NCBI GenBank assembly: GCA_963666215.2
Contig: CAXWPL010000001.1
Span: 160,001-224,000 of the forward strand
DNA: 64,000 bases
Reading direction: 5' to 3'
Source: Acidobacteriota bacterium
GTDB taxonomy: Bacteria; Acidobacteriota; UBA890; WLXD01
In this document: in pieces, positions 35,236-44,927 of the stretch
Layout of the letters: the number at the start of each line of letters is the position of its first letter
How positions within the stretch are numbered: the stretch's first letter is position 1
Notes under the pieces: generated by a model
Seen by the model: only the letters and a program-made list of their open reading frames with translations
What the model was told of the DNA's origin: nothing
The model's database searches: none
Made by a program: the position numbers and the translations under genes

Positions 35236-36437
35236 TATCTACCGCGATTGCGCGACGGACGCATGCGCGCCGGCGCGTTTCCCCCGGGTCCGCCAGGCGG
35301 ACGGGGTTCTCGCTGAAGCGTCTCAGAAAGGTCGCGCGGGTCGCTGCTCGCAGCGAGGGCCACCTCGGGGCTGATCTTGCGCTCCACAACCAATCGCGCC
35401 AGATCTTGGTTGAACGTCTTCATGCCGTGCCCAGCCTGTCCGGACTGCATCGACGACATGATCTGGTGGATCTTGCCCTCGCGGACCAAGTTACGAATGG
35501 CTGCGTTGGGAATGAGAACCTCCTGTACGAGGACCCGTCCCCTGCCCGAGATGTGCGGCAGCAGCGTCTGAGAGATCGCTCCTTGGAGAGTGAACGACAA
35601 TTGCGTGCGGATCTGCGATTGCTGCTCAGGCGGAAAGATGTCGATGATGCGGTTGATCGTCTGGATTGCCGAGTTGGTATGCAGCGTGCCAAACGTCAAG
35701 TGGCCGGTCTCGGCGAGCTTCAGCGCCAGACTGGTGCTCTCGAGGTCGCGCAGCTCACCAATGAGCACGCAATCGGGATCCTCGCGTAACGCCGAGCGCA
35801 TGGCCGCCGCGAAGGAGTGTGTATCGGCGTTGAGCTCGCGCTGGTTGACGATGCAGTTCTTGTGATCGTGCAAGTACTCGATCGGATCCTCGATCGTGAT
35901 GATGTGGTGTTTCTTGGTCTCGTTCACCAGGTCGATCATGGCGGCGAGGGTGGTGCTCTTGCCGCTGCCGGTGGGACCGGTAACCAGCACCAGGCCGCGC
36001 GGCAGGTTGCAAAGGTCCTTGAAGCCTTGTGGCAGCCCGAGCTCATCGAACGACGGGATCCGCCACGGAATCACGCGCAGCGCGCCTGCCACCGAACCCC
36101 GCTGCATGAAGACGTTGGCTCGGAAGCGGGCCAGGTCCTTGACGCCGAACGAGAAGTCGATCTCGAGCTTGTCCTCCATCGCGGCGCGCTGCTCGTCGCT
36201 CATCACCGCGTAGAGAAGCCCCTGCGCGGTCTTCGGGTCGAGCGGCGCGTAGGGCATCGGACTCAAGCTTCCGTCGATCCGTACCTGGGGCGGCACTCCC
36301 GCCGTGATGTGAAGGTCGCTTGCACCCAGCTCGACCATCTGCCGGAGAAGCTCGGAGAGATCGGGCACTGACCCACCGTGAGAGATCTGCGCGTTCGGAT
36401 CCCAGGTGACCGCACGTGCCGCTCCACTCATGGACAT
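35235..36437 (-). CDS. pilT: Retraction ATPase PilT
   Basis: ASDLH, GPTGSGKSTT, TIEDPIE, LREDPD, AIRNLVRE motif. Confidence 0.95.
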   Translation of the reverse strand: MSMSGAARAVTWDPNAQISHGGSVPDLSELLRQMVELGASDLHITAGVPPQVRIDGSLSPMPYAPLDPKTAQGLLYAVMSDEQRAAMEDKLEIDFSFGVKDLARFRANVFMQRGSVAGALRVIPWRIPSFDELGLPQGFKDLCNLPRGLVLVTGPTGSGKSTTLAAMIDLVNETKKHHIITIEDPIEYLHDHKNCIVNQRELNADTHSFAAAMRSALREDPDCVLIGELRDLESTSLALKLAETGHLTFGTLHTNSAIQTINRIIDIFPPEQQSQIRTQLSFTLQGAISQTLLPHISGRGRVLVQEVLIPNAAIRNLVREGKIHQIMSSMQSGQAGHGMKTFNQDLARLVVERKISPEVALAASSDPRDLSETLQREPRPPGGPGGNAPARMRPSRNRGR

Positions 36438-36788
36438 CCGCGTCCTCTCCTGGCCGTATCTCGGGGTGGCATGTCACGCATACCATTCGATGTCAAAACG
36501 TCATATACCGATCTCGACCACATCTACGAAGATTATTCGTATGCTTTTCATCGCTAAACAATAGTATTAACCACTATTAGATAATTTTGATCACACTGGA
36601 TCGAATCGTATGTGTGCGGGTGCACCGCCGCCGTCACCACGATGAGACGGGCGCCAACGGGTCGTTTCCGGCCGGCGGCTCGATTGCCCCGACGCGGCTA
36701 CCCGCAGCCGAGAGTCCATCGAAGGATGTGGCGCGGCGTAGAGGTGGTGCGGGCGCTGGACAGCCGCGGGTGAGGGTGAAGCGACTTC

Positions 36789-37826
36789 CTAGGCGCGAGC
36801 GACCCGAATTTCGCCGTTACGGCGCTCGACGTACCAGTCGGCCGTGCGCGCCAGCCCGTCGCGGAACGACATCCGCGGCTCGTAGCCGATGAGCTCGGTG
36901 GCGCGATCGATTGCCGCCATCGAGTGCTGCACATCACCTGCTCGTCGGGCCGTGAATTCGGGCTCGATGTGGGTTCCCAGGTAATCGTTGAGCGCGGCAA
37001 CGAGATCGAGAAGGGTAGCGCTCTCTCCGACCCCGATGTTGATGGCCTGCCCGGCCGCGTCATCCGTTGCCGCCCCGAGATCATCAACGTTGGCAGCGAG
37101 CAGGTTCGCGGCCACAACGTTGTCGATATACGTGAAGTCGCGCGACTGCGTGCCGTCGCCGAAAATCAGCGGCGACCGCCCGTCGAGCATGCACGCGACG
37201 AACTTGGGGATCACCGCGGCGTAGTCGGAAGCCGGATCTTGACGCGGCCCGAAGACGTTGAAGTAGCGAAGCGCCACCGTCTTGATGCCGTACTCACGGT
37301 GCCAAATTGCCAGGAGCTCTTCGCCCGCGAGCTTGCTGAGCGCATAGGGAGAAAGCGGCGTAGGCGTCATGGTCTCGATCTTCGGCAACGTGGGGGTGTC
37401 GCCGTAGACCGACGACGAACCCGCCATCACGAGCCGCTTTACGCCCGCCTCACGACAAGCCTCGAGCAGGCGCGACGTCCCCTCGATGTTGACTCGGAGA
37501 GTCGCGGCCGGGTCAAGAAAAGAGCGCGGCACGGAAGCAATGGCCGCCTGATGGAAGACGGCATGGACACCATCGAGCGCGCTACGGTAGGCATGCGAGT
37601 CGAGAATGCTCGTTTGCAGCAGCTCGAGGTTGGTGGCTTCGCCGATGCCCCACGCCGTGCCCGACTTACTTCTTGCGAAGCCCAGCTCATCGGCGACGTC
37701 ACTCAGGTTGTGCACATAGCCGCTGAAAAGATCGTCGACGACAACAACCCGATGGCCGCGCTGCAGCAACGCCGACACGATGTGCGAGCCAATGAACCCT
37801 GCGCCACCAGTTACCAGATACTTCAC
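36789..37826 (-). CDS. NAD-dependent sugar epimerase (WbpP/GalE-like extended SDR)
   Basis: [35 protein letters not shown] start overlaps the pilB TGA. Confidence 0.9.
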   Translation of the reverse strand: MKYLVTGGAGFIGSHIVSALLQRGHRVVVVDDLFSGYVHNLSDVADELGFARSKSGTAWGIGEATNLELLQTSILDSHAYRSALDGVHAVFHQAAIASVPRSFLDPAATLRVNIEGTSRLLEACREAGVKRLVMAGSSSVYGDTPTLPKIETMTPTPLSPYALSKLAGEELLAIWHREYGIKTVALRYFNVFGPRQDPASDYAAVIPKFVACMLDGRSPLIFGDGTQSRDFTYIDNVVAANLLAANVDDLGAATDDAAGQAINIGVGESATLLDLVAALNDYLGTHIEPEFTARRAGDVQHSMAAIDRATELIGYEPRMSFRDGLARTADWYVERRNGEIRVARA

Positions 37827-38285
37827 AGTGTCGTCTCCCGGAGAACCTCTTCGACCGAGGTAACCCCCTGCCAAATCTTCACGAGGCCGCTCTCGCGCAA
37901 GGTGATCATCCCTTCCGCGCGAGCCTGTACCTTGAGCTCGGCGTTGTTAGCACCGTTGAGGATCAACTCGCTCATTCGACCGCTCAGCTGCATCACCTCG
38001 AACAGCGCGACGCGGCCCTTGTAGCCGGTCTCGTTGCATTTGTCGCAGCCCATCGGGTGGTACACCGTCACCGCCATCGCTTCCTCGGCGGCAAAGCCTA
38101 CCTCCATCAAGGCTTCCGGATCGCAAGGCGCCACCTCGCGGCACTGCGAGCACAGCCGTCTCACCAGGCGCTGAGCAACAATCAGCTGCACCGATGACGC
38201 CACCAGAAAGCGCTCGACGCCCATGTCGATCATGCGGTTGATCGTGCTCGGTGCGTCGTTCGTATGCAGCGTCGACAGCACTAGG

Positions 38286-39328
38286 TGTGAGTTCTAGGTA
38301 GGTTGTTCACGAACTCACCCCTGAGAGCCGAGCGATCGGCGGTGTCATGCCGATGCCGGCGTGGGGGCGGTGACGATTGTAGTGGTTGAGCCAGGGCCGT
38401 AGAGCTCGAGTACGTCGAGCTGAGGTCTGGTAGCAGGTGCCGTAGGCCCACTGCTCCTTGAGTGTGCGGATGAAGCGTTCGGCTTTGCCGTTGGTTCTGG
38501 GGGTGTAGGGCCGGGTGTAAATGTGCCGGATCTCGAGTTGATGGCATAGGCGATTGAAGCGCTTCGAGACGTAGCCAGGCCCGTTGTCTGTCATCACTCG
38601 GCGCACCGCTACTCCCATCGAAGCGAAGTGCTCGACGGCTCGCTGCAGGAACGCTGTGCAGGTGTGTTGGTCTTCGGCGGGCAGCACTTCGACGTACGCC
38701 ACCCGAGAGTGATCGTCGATAGCGACGTGGGCGTTCTCCCAGCCGACGCCGTAGGCCCGCTTGGAGCGGTCGCCGTGGATGCGGTGTCCAGGTCGCCGGA
38801 TACGGGCCAGTTTCTTCGTATCCAGGTGCAGTAGGTCACCGGGGTGCTCGTACTCGTAGCGAACGATCTCGGGCTTGGGCTCGAGCGCATCAAGCTTGGC
38901 GAGTCCGAGCCGCTTCAGCCACGCCGAGACGGTCGAGCGCGGCACAGCCAACCTTCGGCTGATCTGCCAGGCCGTCAGTCGCCGCCGACGTAGCTTGTCG
39001 ATCTGCCTCACAACTCCAGCGCTTGTTGCGTGCGGACAGCACGTCGGCCGGCTTGATCGATCGAGCAGCCCGGCCTCACCTTCTCGCTCGTATCTATCCA
39101 GCCACTTGTAAACCGTTCGAGCCGACACGCCGAGCGCCGCCGCCGTTTCCGTCACGGGCTCCGCCCGCTCCCGGACTCGGCGGACCATCTCTCGGCGTAT
39201 ATACGGCATCGTGCGGGCGTTACCATGCAGCTGCATCGGGCGCTCCTTCTGAGGTCGTGGAGTCTTTTGAACAACCCCATTGATCTCAGAAGTGAGCCCC
39301 GATGTGAACAACCTACTTAGAAAACACA
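38286..39328 (-). mobile_element. IS481-family element, 1043 bp
   Basis: TGT..ACA ends, 25-bp TIRs with 3 mismatches, and a 6-bp TSD ACTAGG (38280-38285 and 39329-39334; NCTAGN). Confidence 0.95.
38307..39236 (-). CDS. IS481-family transposase
   Basis: MQLHGNAR start, HTH, PGDLLHLDTK, IDDHSR, TDNG, TNGKAERF. Confidence 0.93.
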   Translation of the reverse strand: MQLHGNARTMPYIRREMVRRVRERAEPVTETAAALGVSARTVYKWLDRYEREGEAGLLDRSSRPTCCPHATSAGVVRQIDKLRRRRLTAWQISRRLAVPRSTVSAWLKRLGLAKLDALEPKPEIVRYEYEHPGDLLHLDTKKLARIRRPGHRIHGDRSKRAYGVGWENAHVAIDDHSRVAYVEVLPAEDQHTCTAFLQRAVEHFASMGVAVRRVMTDNGPGYVSKRFNRLCHQLEIRHIYTRPYTPRTNGKAERFIRTLKEQWAYGTCYQTSARRTRALRPWLNHYNRHRPHAGIGMTPPIARLSGVSS

Positions 39329-41036
39329 ACTAGGTGGCCCGTCAGCGCGGCCTTGATGGCGATATTCGCGGTCTCGGCGTCGCGGATCTCACCCACCAGG
39401 ATGATGTTCGGATCCTGCCGCAGGAATGCGCGCAGCGCCGCCGCAAAGTTGAGTCCCACCTGCTCGTTGATCTGCACCTGGTTGATGCCGACCAGGTTGA
39501 ATTCCACCGGGTCCTCGGCGGTCATGATGTTGGTACCGATCTTGTTGATGTTCGAGAGCGCCGAGTAGAGCGTGTTCGTCTTTCCCGAACCGGTCGGTCC
39601 GGTAACCAACACGATGCCGAACGGAAGCTCGATCGCCGCTCTGAAGGCATCGAGTGACGATTTCTCGAATCCCAGGTCGGCGAGATTGAGCTTCAGGCCC
39701 TCGGGGTCGAGAAGACGCATGACGATCTTCTCCCCCCAGATCGTCGGCACGGTCGAGACGCGTAAGTCGAGCTCGCGCGTACGGTCGTCCAGCTTCACAC
39801 GAATCTTGATGCGACCATCCTGTGGCCTACGCCGCTCGGAAATGTCGAGCTCACTCATGATCTTGATGCGAGACGCGATTGCCCCCTGCATGGACTTCGG
39901 CGGTCTCATCACCTCGTACAGCACGCCGTCGATGCGGTAGCGGACGCGCTGAATTTTCTCGTACGGCTCGATGTGGATATCCGAGGCGTCGCGCCGCAGC
40001 GCGTCGGTGAGCAACAAGTTGACGAGCTTGATGACCGGCGCATCACCACCTGCTTGCGACAGCGACTCGAGGTCGATGTCCTCCTCTTCGACGATGTGGA
40101 GCTCACCGGGCCCGCGAATTTCGGCCTCGATGTCCTCCATCATCTGGCGCATCTTGGCTTCTTGCTCGTCGCCGTAGCACCGCCCCATCGCCTCGGTAAT
40201 CGCGCGCTCCGAGGCCACCAGAGGTTCGACCCGTCGGCCAGTGGCGAACTCGATGTCGTCGATGGCCACCACGTCGGTGGGATCGACCATAGCCAGACTG
40301 ACCGACTGAGAGTCGGCGGCGAGCGGCATGACCAGATAGCGCCGCGCCATGTCCTGGGGCACCAGGATCAGGATCTCGGGAGGTATCTTCGCGGCCTCTA
40401 CATTCGCTGCTGGCACGCCGAAGTGTGTCGACAGGAGCCCGATAAGGTCTTGTTCGCTGATCAGCTCGAGAACAACAAGGAGGTGTCCTAGCCGCTCGCC
40501 CGTCTCCTGCTGCATTTGCAGGGCACGCTCGAGATCCTGTTCGGAGACGAGTCCGCTCTCGATGACGATGCGCCCGAGACGCGCGCTCGAGTGTCGCCGA
40601 ACCGGATTGTTCCCCGAGCCGGAAGTGGTCGCAGTTCGCTCGCTGGAAGCCACGTCTCGCCTATTCTCATATCCCGACGTTCCGCCGACCGACTATCGGA
40701 GGCGCAACACGCCGAGAATCCCCTCGCCCCTGTTGGACGGACACAAGGGGCCAGAAGCCGCCGACACACCGCGCGAACGGACGCCGCCTGACCTCTAGCC
40801 GCTCAATCGAGATCAGCTTACCGAGACAGCCCTACACCACAAAGCACTAATTTCTTCTTCAAAGCGTGCAAATACATCGCCCTACATAGCATAGCGTCTT
40901 CGTGCCTATACACAACTGCTTGTGGCCATGCCCGACAGCCCTGGCCCACAAGTGGACCGAGGACGCAGAAAAATGGGCCGCGAGCGCCCCGCGCTCACGG
41001 CCCATGCAGAGACCTGAAATTCGATCGTGCTGGTCG

Positions 41037-41495
41037 CTAGCCGCGCAACGCTGCCGCCAAGTCGGCCAGATAGTTGTCCACCCCCGCGGCAAGCTCGTAG
41101 GCGGCTTGTGGATCGCCACTACCGCGTAACGCAGCCAACACCTGCTGATCGCGATCAAGAACCAGCTGGCGCGCCGAGGCGACCCCGGCCGCCTTGCGCT
41201 GAGCGCTCGGCCGTCCGACAGGCGCTGAGCTCTTCTTCCGCCGTCCGTTCACGGGTTTGGCCTTCGGAGCAACAGCGGCAGCTGCCTTGCGGCGACGACC
41301 AGCCGGCGACTTCTTCTTGGCGCCGGCCTTCCTTTTCAGAGGCAGCATGTAAATGGCGTTGAACGACCTCTTCTGCATACCACGCGTGCTGCGATCGGCG
41401 GCGCCGGCGGCGGCCATGAACTCATCTAGCATCGCGTCTTTCTTGCGCTTGTATAGCGCTTCAACCGCCGCAGCGGCTTTTTGACTCTTGGGCAT
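41037..41495 (-). CDS. Small basic Lys/Arg/Ala-rich protein, possibly nucleoid-associated
   Basis: Helical N- and C-terminal parts around KRKAGAKKKSPAGRRRKAAAAVAPKAKP. GGAG upstream of the start. Confidence 0.65.
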   Translation of the reverse strand: MPKSQKAAAAVEALYKRKKDAMLDEFMAAAGAADRSTRGMQKRSFNAIYMLPLKRKAGAKKKSPAGRRRKAAAAVAPKAKPVNGRRKKSSAPVGRPSAQRKAAGVASARQLVLDRDQQVLAALRGSGDPQAAYELAAGVDNYLADLAAALRG

Positions 41496-41703
41496 TCCGG
41501 ACTCCAAACTGGTGCTTGAAACAAGAAAATGGTCGAGTGCATGCTAATTGATTAACCGACCGTTGCCAACGGCGCGGCGGACGCTCCACATGTTGATCGC
41601 GGCGTGTAAACTCGCCGCACGCGTCCAAAGAAAGCTCGGCGGGCATGAATGATCGGCCCCGGAATCGCCGTGCACAATCGTGAAGCGGTACCGAAGCCGC
41701 TGA

Positions 41704-42489
41704 CTATGAGCCCGAGCCAGCGAGGAACAGCCATTCGCTGTAGCGAACGCGCTTACGGTATATGCGCACGCTGTCCTGCTGCGAATAGGAGCCCACTCCT
41801 ATGATGCCGTTGGACGCTCCTGGACCGGTTGTCGAACCGGAGCCCGTGAAACCCTGACCGCCGAGACCGCGCGATTGGCCGAAGCCAGTGGAGCGGCCCG
41901 ACGTACTACCGGCGTTCTCGAACATATTGGGCCGTCCAGTCTGTGTCGCGGCTCCTGAGCCTCCAAAACCGGTCGCGGACCCTCCGATGCCAATTCCGAC
42001 CCCGTCGACTGCTTCGGCGAAATTCCCGAGCAGCAGATCAATCGTTCCGTCGACAAGATCTTGGTTACGGAACACCCGCCACTGGCCGTCGGCAACCATC
42101 GGATCGGGATACAGCTGCCGGATGCAATTGGCTTCGATGAGCTCATCCAGTTGCTCCGGTGCATCGCCTCCGGATTCCGCCTGAAAGCACTGTAGCGCTC
42201 GCACGTACTGCTGGCCTCTCCAGATCAACTCCTGTTCCTTCGCGCGCCGGTCAACTGCGACGATCGAAGTCACCACCAGCCCGAGGGCAACGTTGACCAC
42301 TGCCACCGCGATCATGAGCCCGACCAGGGTGTAGCCGTCGGCACGACAGACCGCGTCGTCTACATGGCGCAGATGCCATCGCCTCACCGTGATTGAAAGA
42401 TCACCATTCGGCATACGGAACCCCGTTGAGCCCTTCGCCCTCGGCACCCGACCAGAGCTCCCAGATGCCGGCCGGCTGTCCCTGATCAA
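41704..42489 (-). CDS. Pseudopilin-like T2SS protein with Gly-rich loop
   Basis: DG|YTLVGLMIAVAVV, KEQELIWRG, IRQLYPDP, IIGVGS..YSEWLF. True start probably nearer 42414. Confidence 0.75.
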   Translation of the reverse strand: MIRDSRPASGSSGRVPRAKGSTGFRMPNGDLSITVRRWHLRHVDDAVCRADGYTLVGLMIAVAVVNVALGLVVTSIVAVDRRAKEQELIWRGQQYVRALQCFQAESGGDAPEQLDELIEANCIRQLYPDPMVADGQWRVFRNQDLVDGTIDLLLGNFAEAVDGVGIGIGGSATGFGGSGAATQTGRPNMFENAGSTSGRSTGFGQSRGLGGQGFTGSGSTTGPGASNGIIGVGSYSQQDSVRIYRKRVRYSEWLFLAGSGS

Positions 42490-42823
42490 CCATCATCCAC
42501 GGCGCGAACTCAACCTGCCAGGTGTCGGAAGCCTTCGTAATCGGGTCCACCGGGATGCTACGCAGATAGCCCTCTTCAACAAGGGCCTCGAGCGCCGGTG
42601 GATAGAGCCCCTTGTCGGTGACGTACTCCTCTAGTGAGCTTCGCATCCGCTGAAGATCCTCCAGCAGAACGGCTTCGCGCGCCCGCAGTGTGGCGTCCTG
42701 ATACGCAGGCAAAGCGTAGACAACGAGGATTCCGATTATCGCCATCACGACGATGAGCTCGAGCAACGAGAAGCCGTGCTGCCGGCTACTCCAACACCCG
42801 TCGACGCAGCGGTCGTCAGTCAT
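42401..42823 (-). CDS. GspG/PulG-like pseudopilin
   Basis: HG|FSLLELIVVMAIIGIL, AREAVL, YLRSIPVDPIT, G.PYAEW. Confidence 0.88.
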   Translation of the reverse strand: MTDDRCVDGCWSSRQHGFSLLELIVVMAIIGILVVYALPAYQDATLRAREAVLLEDLQRMRSSLEEYVTDKGLYPPALEALVEEGYLRSIPVDPITKASDTWQVEFAPWMMVDQGQPAGIWELWSGAEGEGLNGVPYAEW

Positions 42824-43937
42824 CTTCGACCTCCGTCCAGTCGAGCACCGCAGTCAGAAACCCGTGGTCACGGGATTCGATGCGTTGATAGAGCGAATCG
42901 AGGTCTCGCCAGGAGGCAACGCAAGAGATCAGCTGCTCGGCTGGCAGCTCCTCGCTCAAAACCATGTCCAACAGGTAGGCGACGTTCCGCTGCGCAGTAA
43001 AACGAATGTCCCGCGGATCAACGTCGACATCGGGTGTATAGCCGCAGGCAATGAGGCTGAGTTGCTTTCGATAGAAATATGCCGGGTCGAGCGGATTGTA
43101 GTCAGGCCGCGGTTGACGCCGTCCAGGGAAGCCCAGCACACAGACGGTTCCTCCAGGCCGCGCCAACTCGAGAGCGGCGCGCCAATCGGCCCAAAGCTCG
43201 CTCGTCGTGACAACTATGTCGACGCCCGTGCCGCGTGTGGCGCGGTCGAGATCCGACCTCCACGCCGGCTTCGAGGCCGCAGCACCGCGCGCGTTGAGAC
43301 GCCCGCCGACCGCAGGCTCGTCTGCCTCGCTGAACGACGGCTTTTCGTAAGCCCCCGCGGCGCCGAACTCGAGCGCACGCTGGCGATTCTCAGGTTGGTT
43401 GCTGAAGCCGAAGACGCGCGCGCCGAATCGACTCGCCACAGCCACCGTCGCCAACCCGAGCGTACCGAGTCCGAGAACAGCGACATACTGACCCGGCTTG
43501 AGATCTCCACGCAGCAGCGCGCTGTGACCCTGGTGAAACAGATAGGTCGTCGAGGCTCGAACGAGTTGATCCTCGGTATAGCCCTCCATCACCTCGGGCA
43601 GCTTGAATAGAATCTCATCCTCGTCGCAGACGAAGTGGCTGCGATGCGACTGCAACGTCAAGATCAGATCGCCTGGCGCCAGTGCCGTGACCCACTCGCC
43701 CGTGGCAACAACGCGTGCGAGGTTGCAGTAACCGACCACTCGCGAGTGTGTGCGGTCGGGGCGCAGCGGCCGGAGACCCTCGTAGGCGGCAAGCTCGGTG
43801 CCGGGCGAGATCGCGGTGTACAACGTCTGTGCGGCAATCTCCCGGAACCCGAGTCCTTCGAGCACCAGCGTCTCGCGCCGGACCTCTAGTCTTCGAGGCT
43901 CGACCACGTGTACAACGCGTGCATCTACGCTCCTCAC
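42816..43937 (-). CDS. MDR-family (zinc-binding alcohol dehydrogenase-like) oxidoreductase
   Basis: AISPGTE, VGYC, GLGTLG Rossmann motif, GVDIVV. Confidence 0.8.
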   Translation of the reverse strand: MRSVDARVVHVVEPRRLEVRRETLVLEGLGFREIAAQTLYTAISPGTELAAYEGLRPLRPDRTHSRVVGYCNLARVVATGEWVTALAPGDLILTLQSHRSHFVCDEDEILFKLPEVMEGYTEDQLVRASTTYLFHQGHSALLRGDLKPGQYVAVLGLGTLGLATVAVASRFGARVFGFSNQPENRQRALEFGAAGAYEKPSFSEADEPAVGGRLNARGAAASKPAWRSDLDRATRGTGVDIVVTTSELWADWRAALELARPGGTVCVLGFPGRRQPRPDYNPLDPAYFYRKQLSLIACGYTPDVDVDPRDIRFTAQRNVAYLLDMVLSEELPAEQLISCVASWRDLDSLYQRIESRDHGFLTAVLDWTEVEDD

Positions 43938-43952
43938 GCTGTTGAATCCGCG

Positions 43953-44927
43953 TTACCAGTCACGATAGTTCGTCCCGTCAATCGCTTTGGCCAGGCTCTT
44001 GGAGTACACGTCGAAGACGTTGCCTCCACACCACAACCGGTCGGCCGGAGGCTCGCCGTAGCAGCGCAGACCCCAGTCATCTTTCCCGGTCAGCGGGTCT
44101 ATCGGCATACGGCGCAACAAGATCAGTTTCAACGGCTGTCCGTCGGGGCCGACGATCGGCTCCGACGGTGCATCGCCGGCGGCGTCGGTGCCGCCAGGGC
44201 CCACGGCGCCGAACCCGGAAGCGCGGCCAAAGCCGCTCTGGGCGCTCTGCCCGCTCTGGCCCAGCGATCCGGTACCGCCTCTCGAAGCTGAGCTCGCTTG
44301 CCGCATCTGAGCCAACCGATCGGCAAACCTACTCGAAAGTTGCCCGCCGCCAGCCGCGTTCGCTCCACCAAAGCCGCCGGGAGTCGAGCGCACGTCCGCG
44401 CCGCCGCCCCTCGCGCCAGGGCCCCCCAGCCCGAAGCCGCGACCACTCGGGCCACCCGGAGAGAGGCCCGTGCCCGCGCTTCCGACGCCGGCCAAACCGC
44501 CACCACCCTGTTCTTCATCCTCGGCCAGTTGCTGCTGCAAGCCTCCCGTGAGTCCAGCCCCGGTCGACGAGTAGACATCTGACACCTGCGGCGCCACAGG
44601 CGGCATCTGGGCGACTAGCGCGACACCTTCCACCAGGACCTCGAGTGACGGAGGATACCCGTGCATCTGTTCGTCGACCTCGATAAGGCCGGCCTGCGCG
44701 GCATCGTGATAGCGATCGATCGCGTCGCGCAAGATCCGTAAGTTCTGGCGGAGCCTGTACTCCTCTGAGCGCTTCACGCTCCAGCGCGCCAGGGGCAATG
44801 CCGCGGACGCCAACAGCCCGACGATGGCGACGACAATCACCATCTCGATAAGAGTGAACCCTCGACTGGCCGCGGAATCGCGCCGGCGGAGGGAACCGCG
44901 CGACACGCTGCGCCGGCACCGCATCAT
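43953..44927 (-). CDS. GspG/PulG-like pseudopilin with about 160-aa Gly-rich insertion
   Basis: RG|FTLIEMVIVVAIVGLL, YPPSLEVLVEGV, LRRMPIDPLTG..WGLR, DVYSKS..DGTNYRDW. Confidence 0.85.
   Translation of the reverse strand: MMRCRRSVSRGSLRRRDSAASRGFTLIEMVIVVAIVGLLASAALPLARWSVKRSEEYRLRQNLRILRDAIDRYHDAAQAGLIEVDEQMHGYPPSLEVLVEGVALVAQMPPVAPQVSDVYSSTGAGLTGGLQQQLAEDEEQGGGGLAGVGSAGTGLSPGGPSGRGFGLGGPGARGGGADVRSTPGGFGGANAAGGGQLSSRFADRLAQMRQASSASRGGTGSLGQSGQSAQSGFGRASGFGAVGPGGTDAAGDAPSEPIVGPDGQPLKLILLRRMPIDPLTGKDDWGLRCYGEPPADRLWCGGNVFDVYSKSLAKAIDGTNYRDW

Larger units (their letters stand above)
37823..40653 (-). pseudogene. pilB: Assembly ATPase PilB split by IS481
   Basis: N-part (MshEN-like RLG..L, GPTGSGKT, AEDPVE, LRQDP, AALTGHL) plus C-part (LSTLHTNDA, CxxC..CxxC). 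Removing the IS and one TSD copy restores GHLVLST. Confidence 0.93.
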
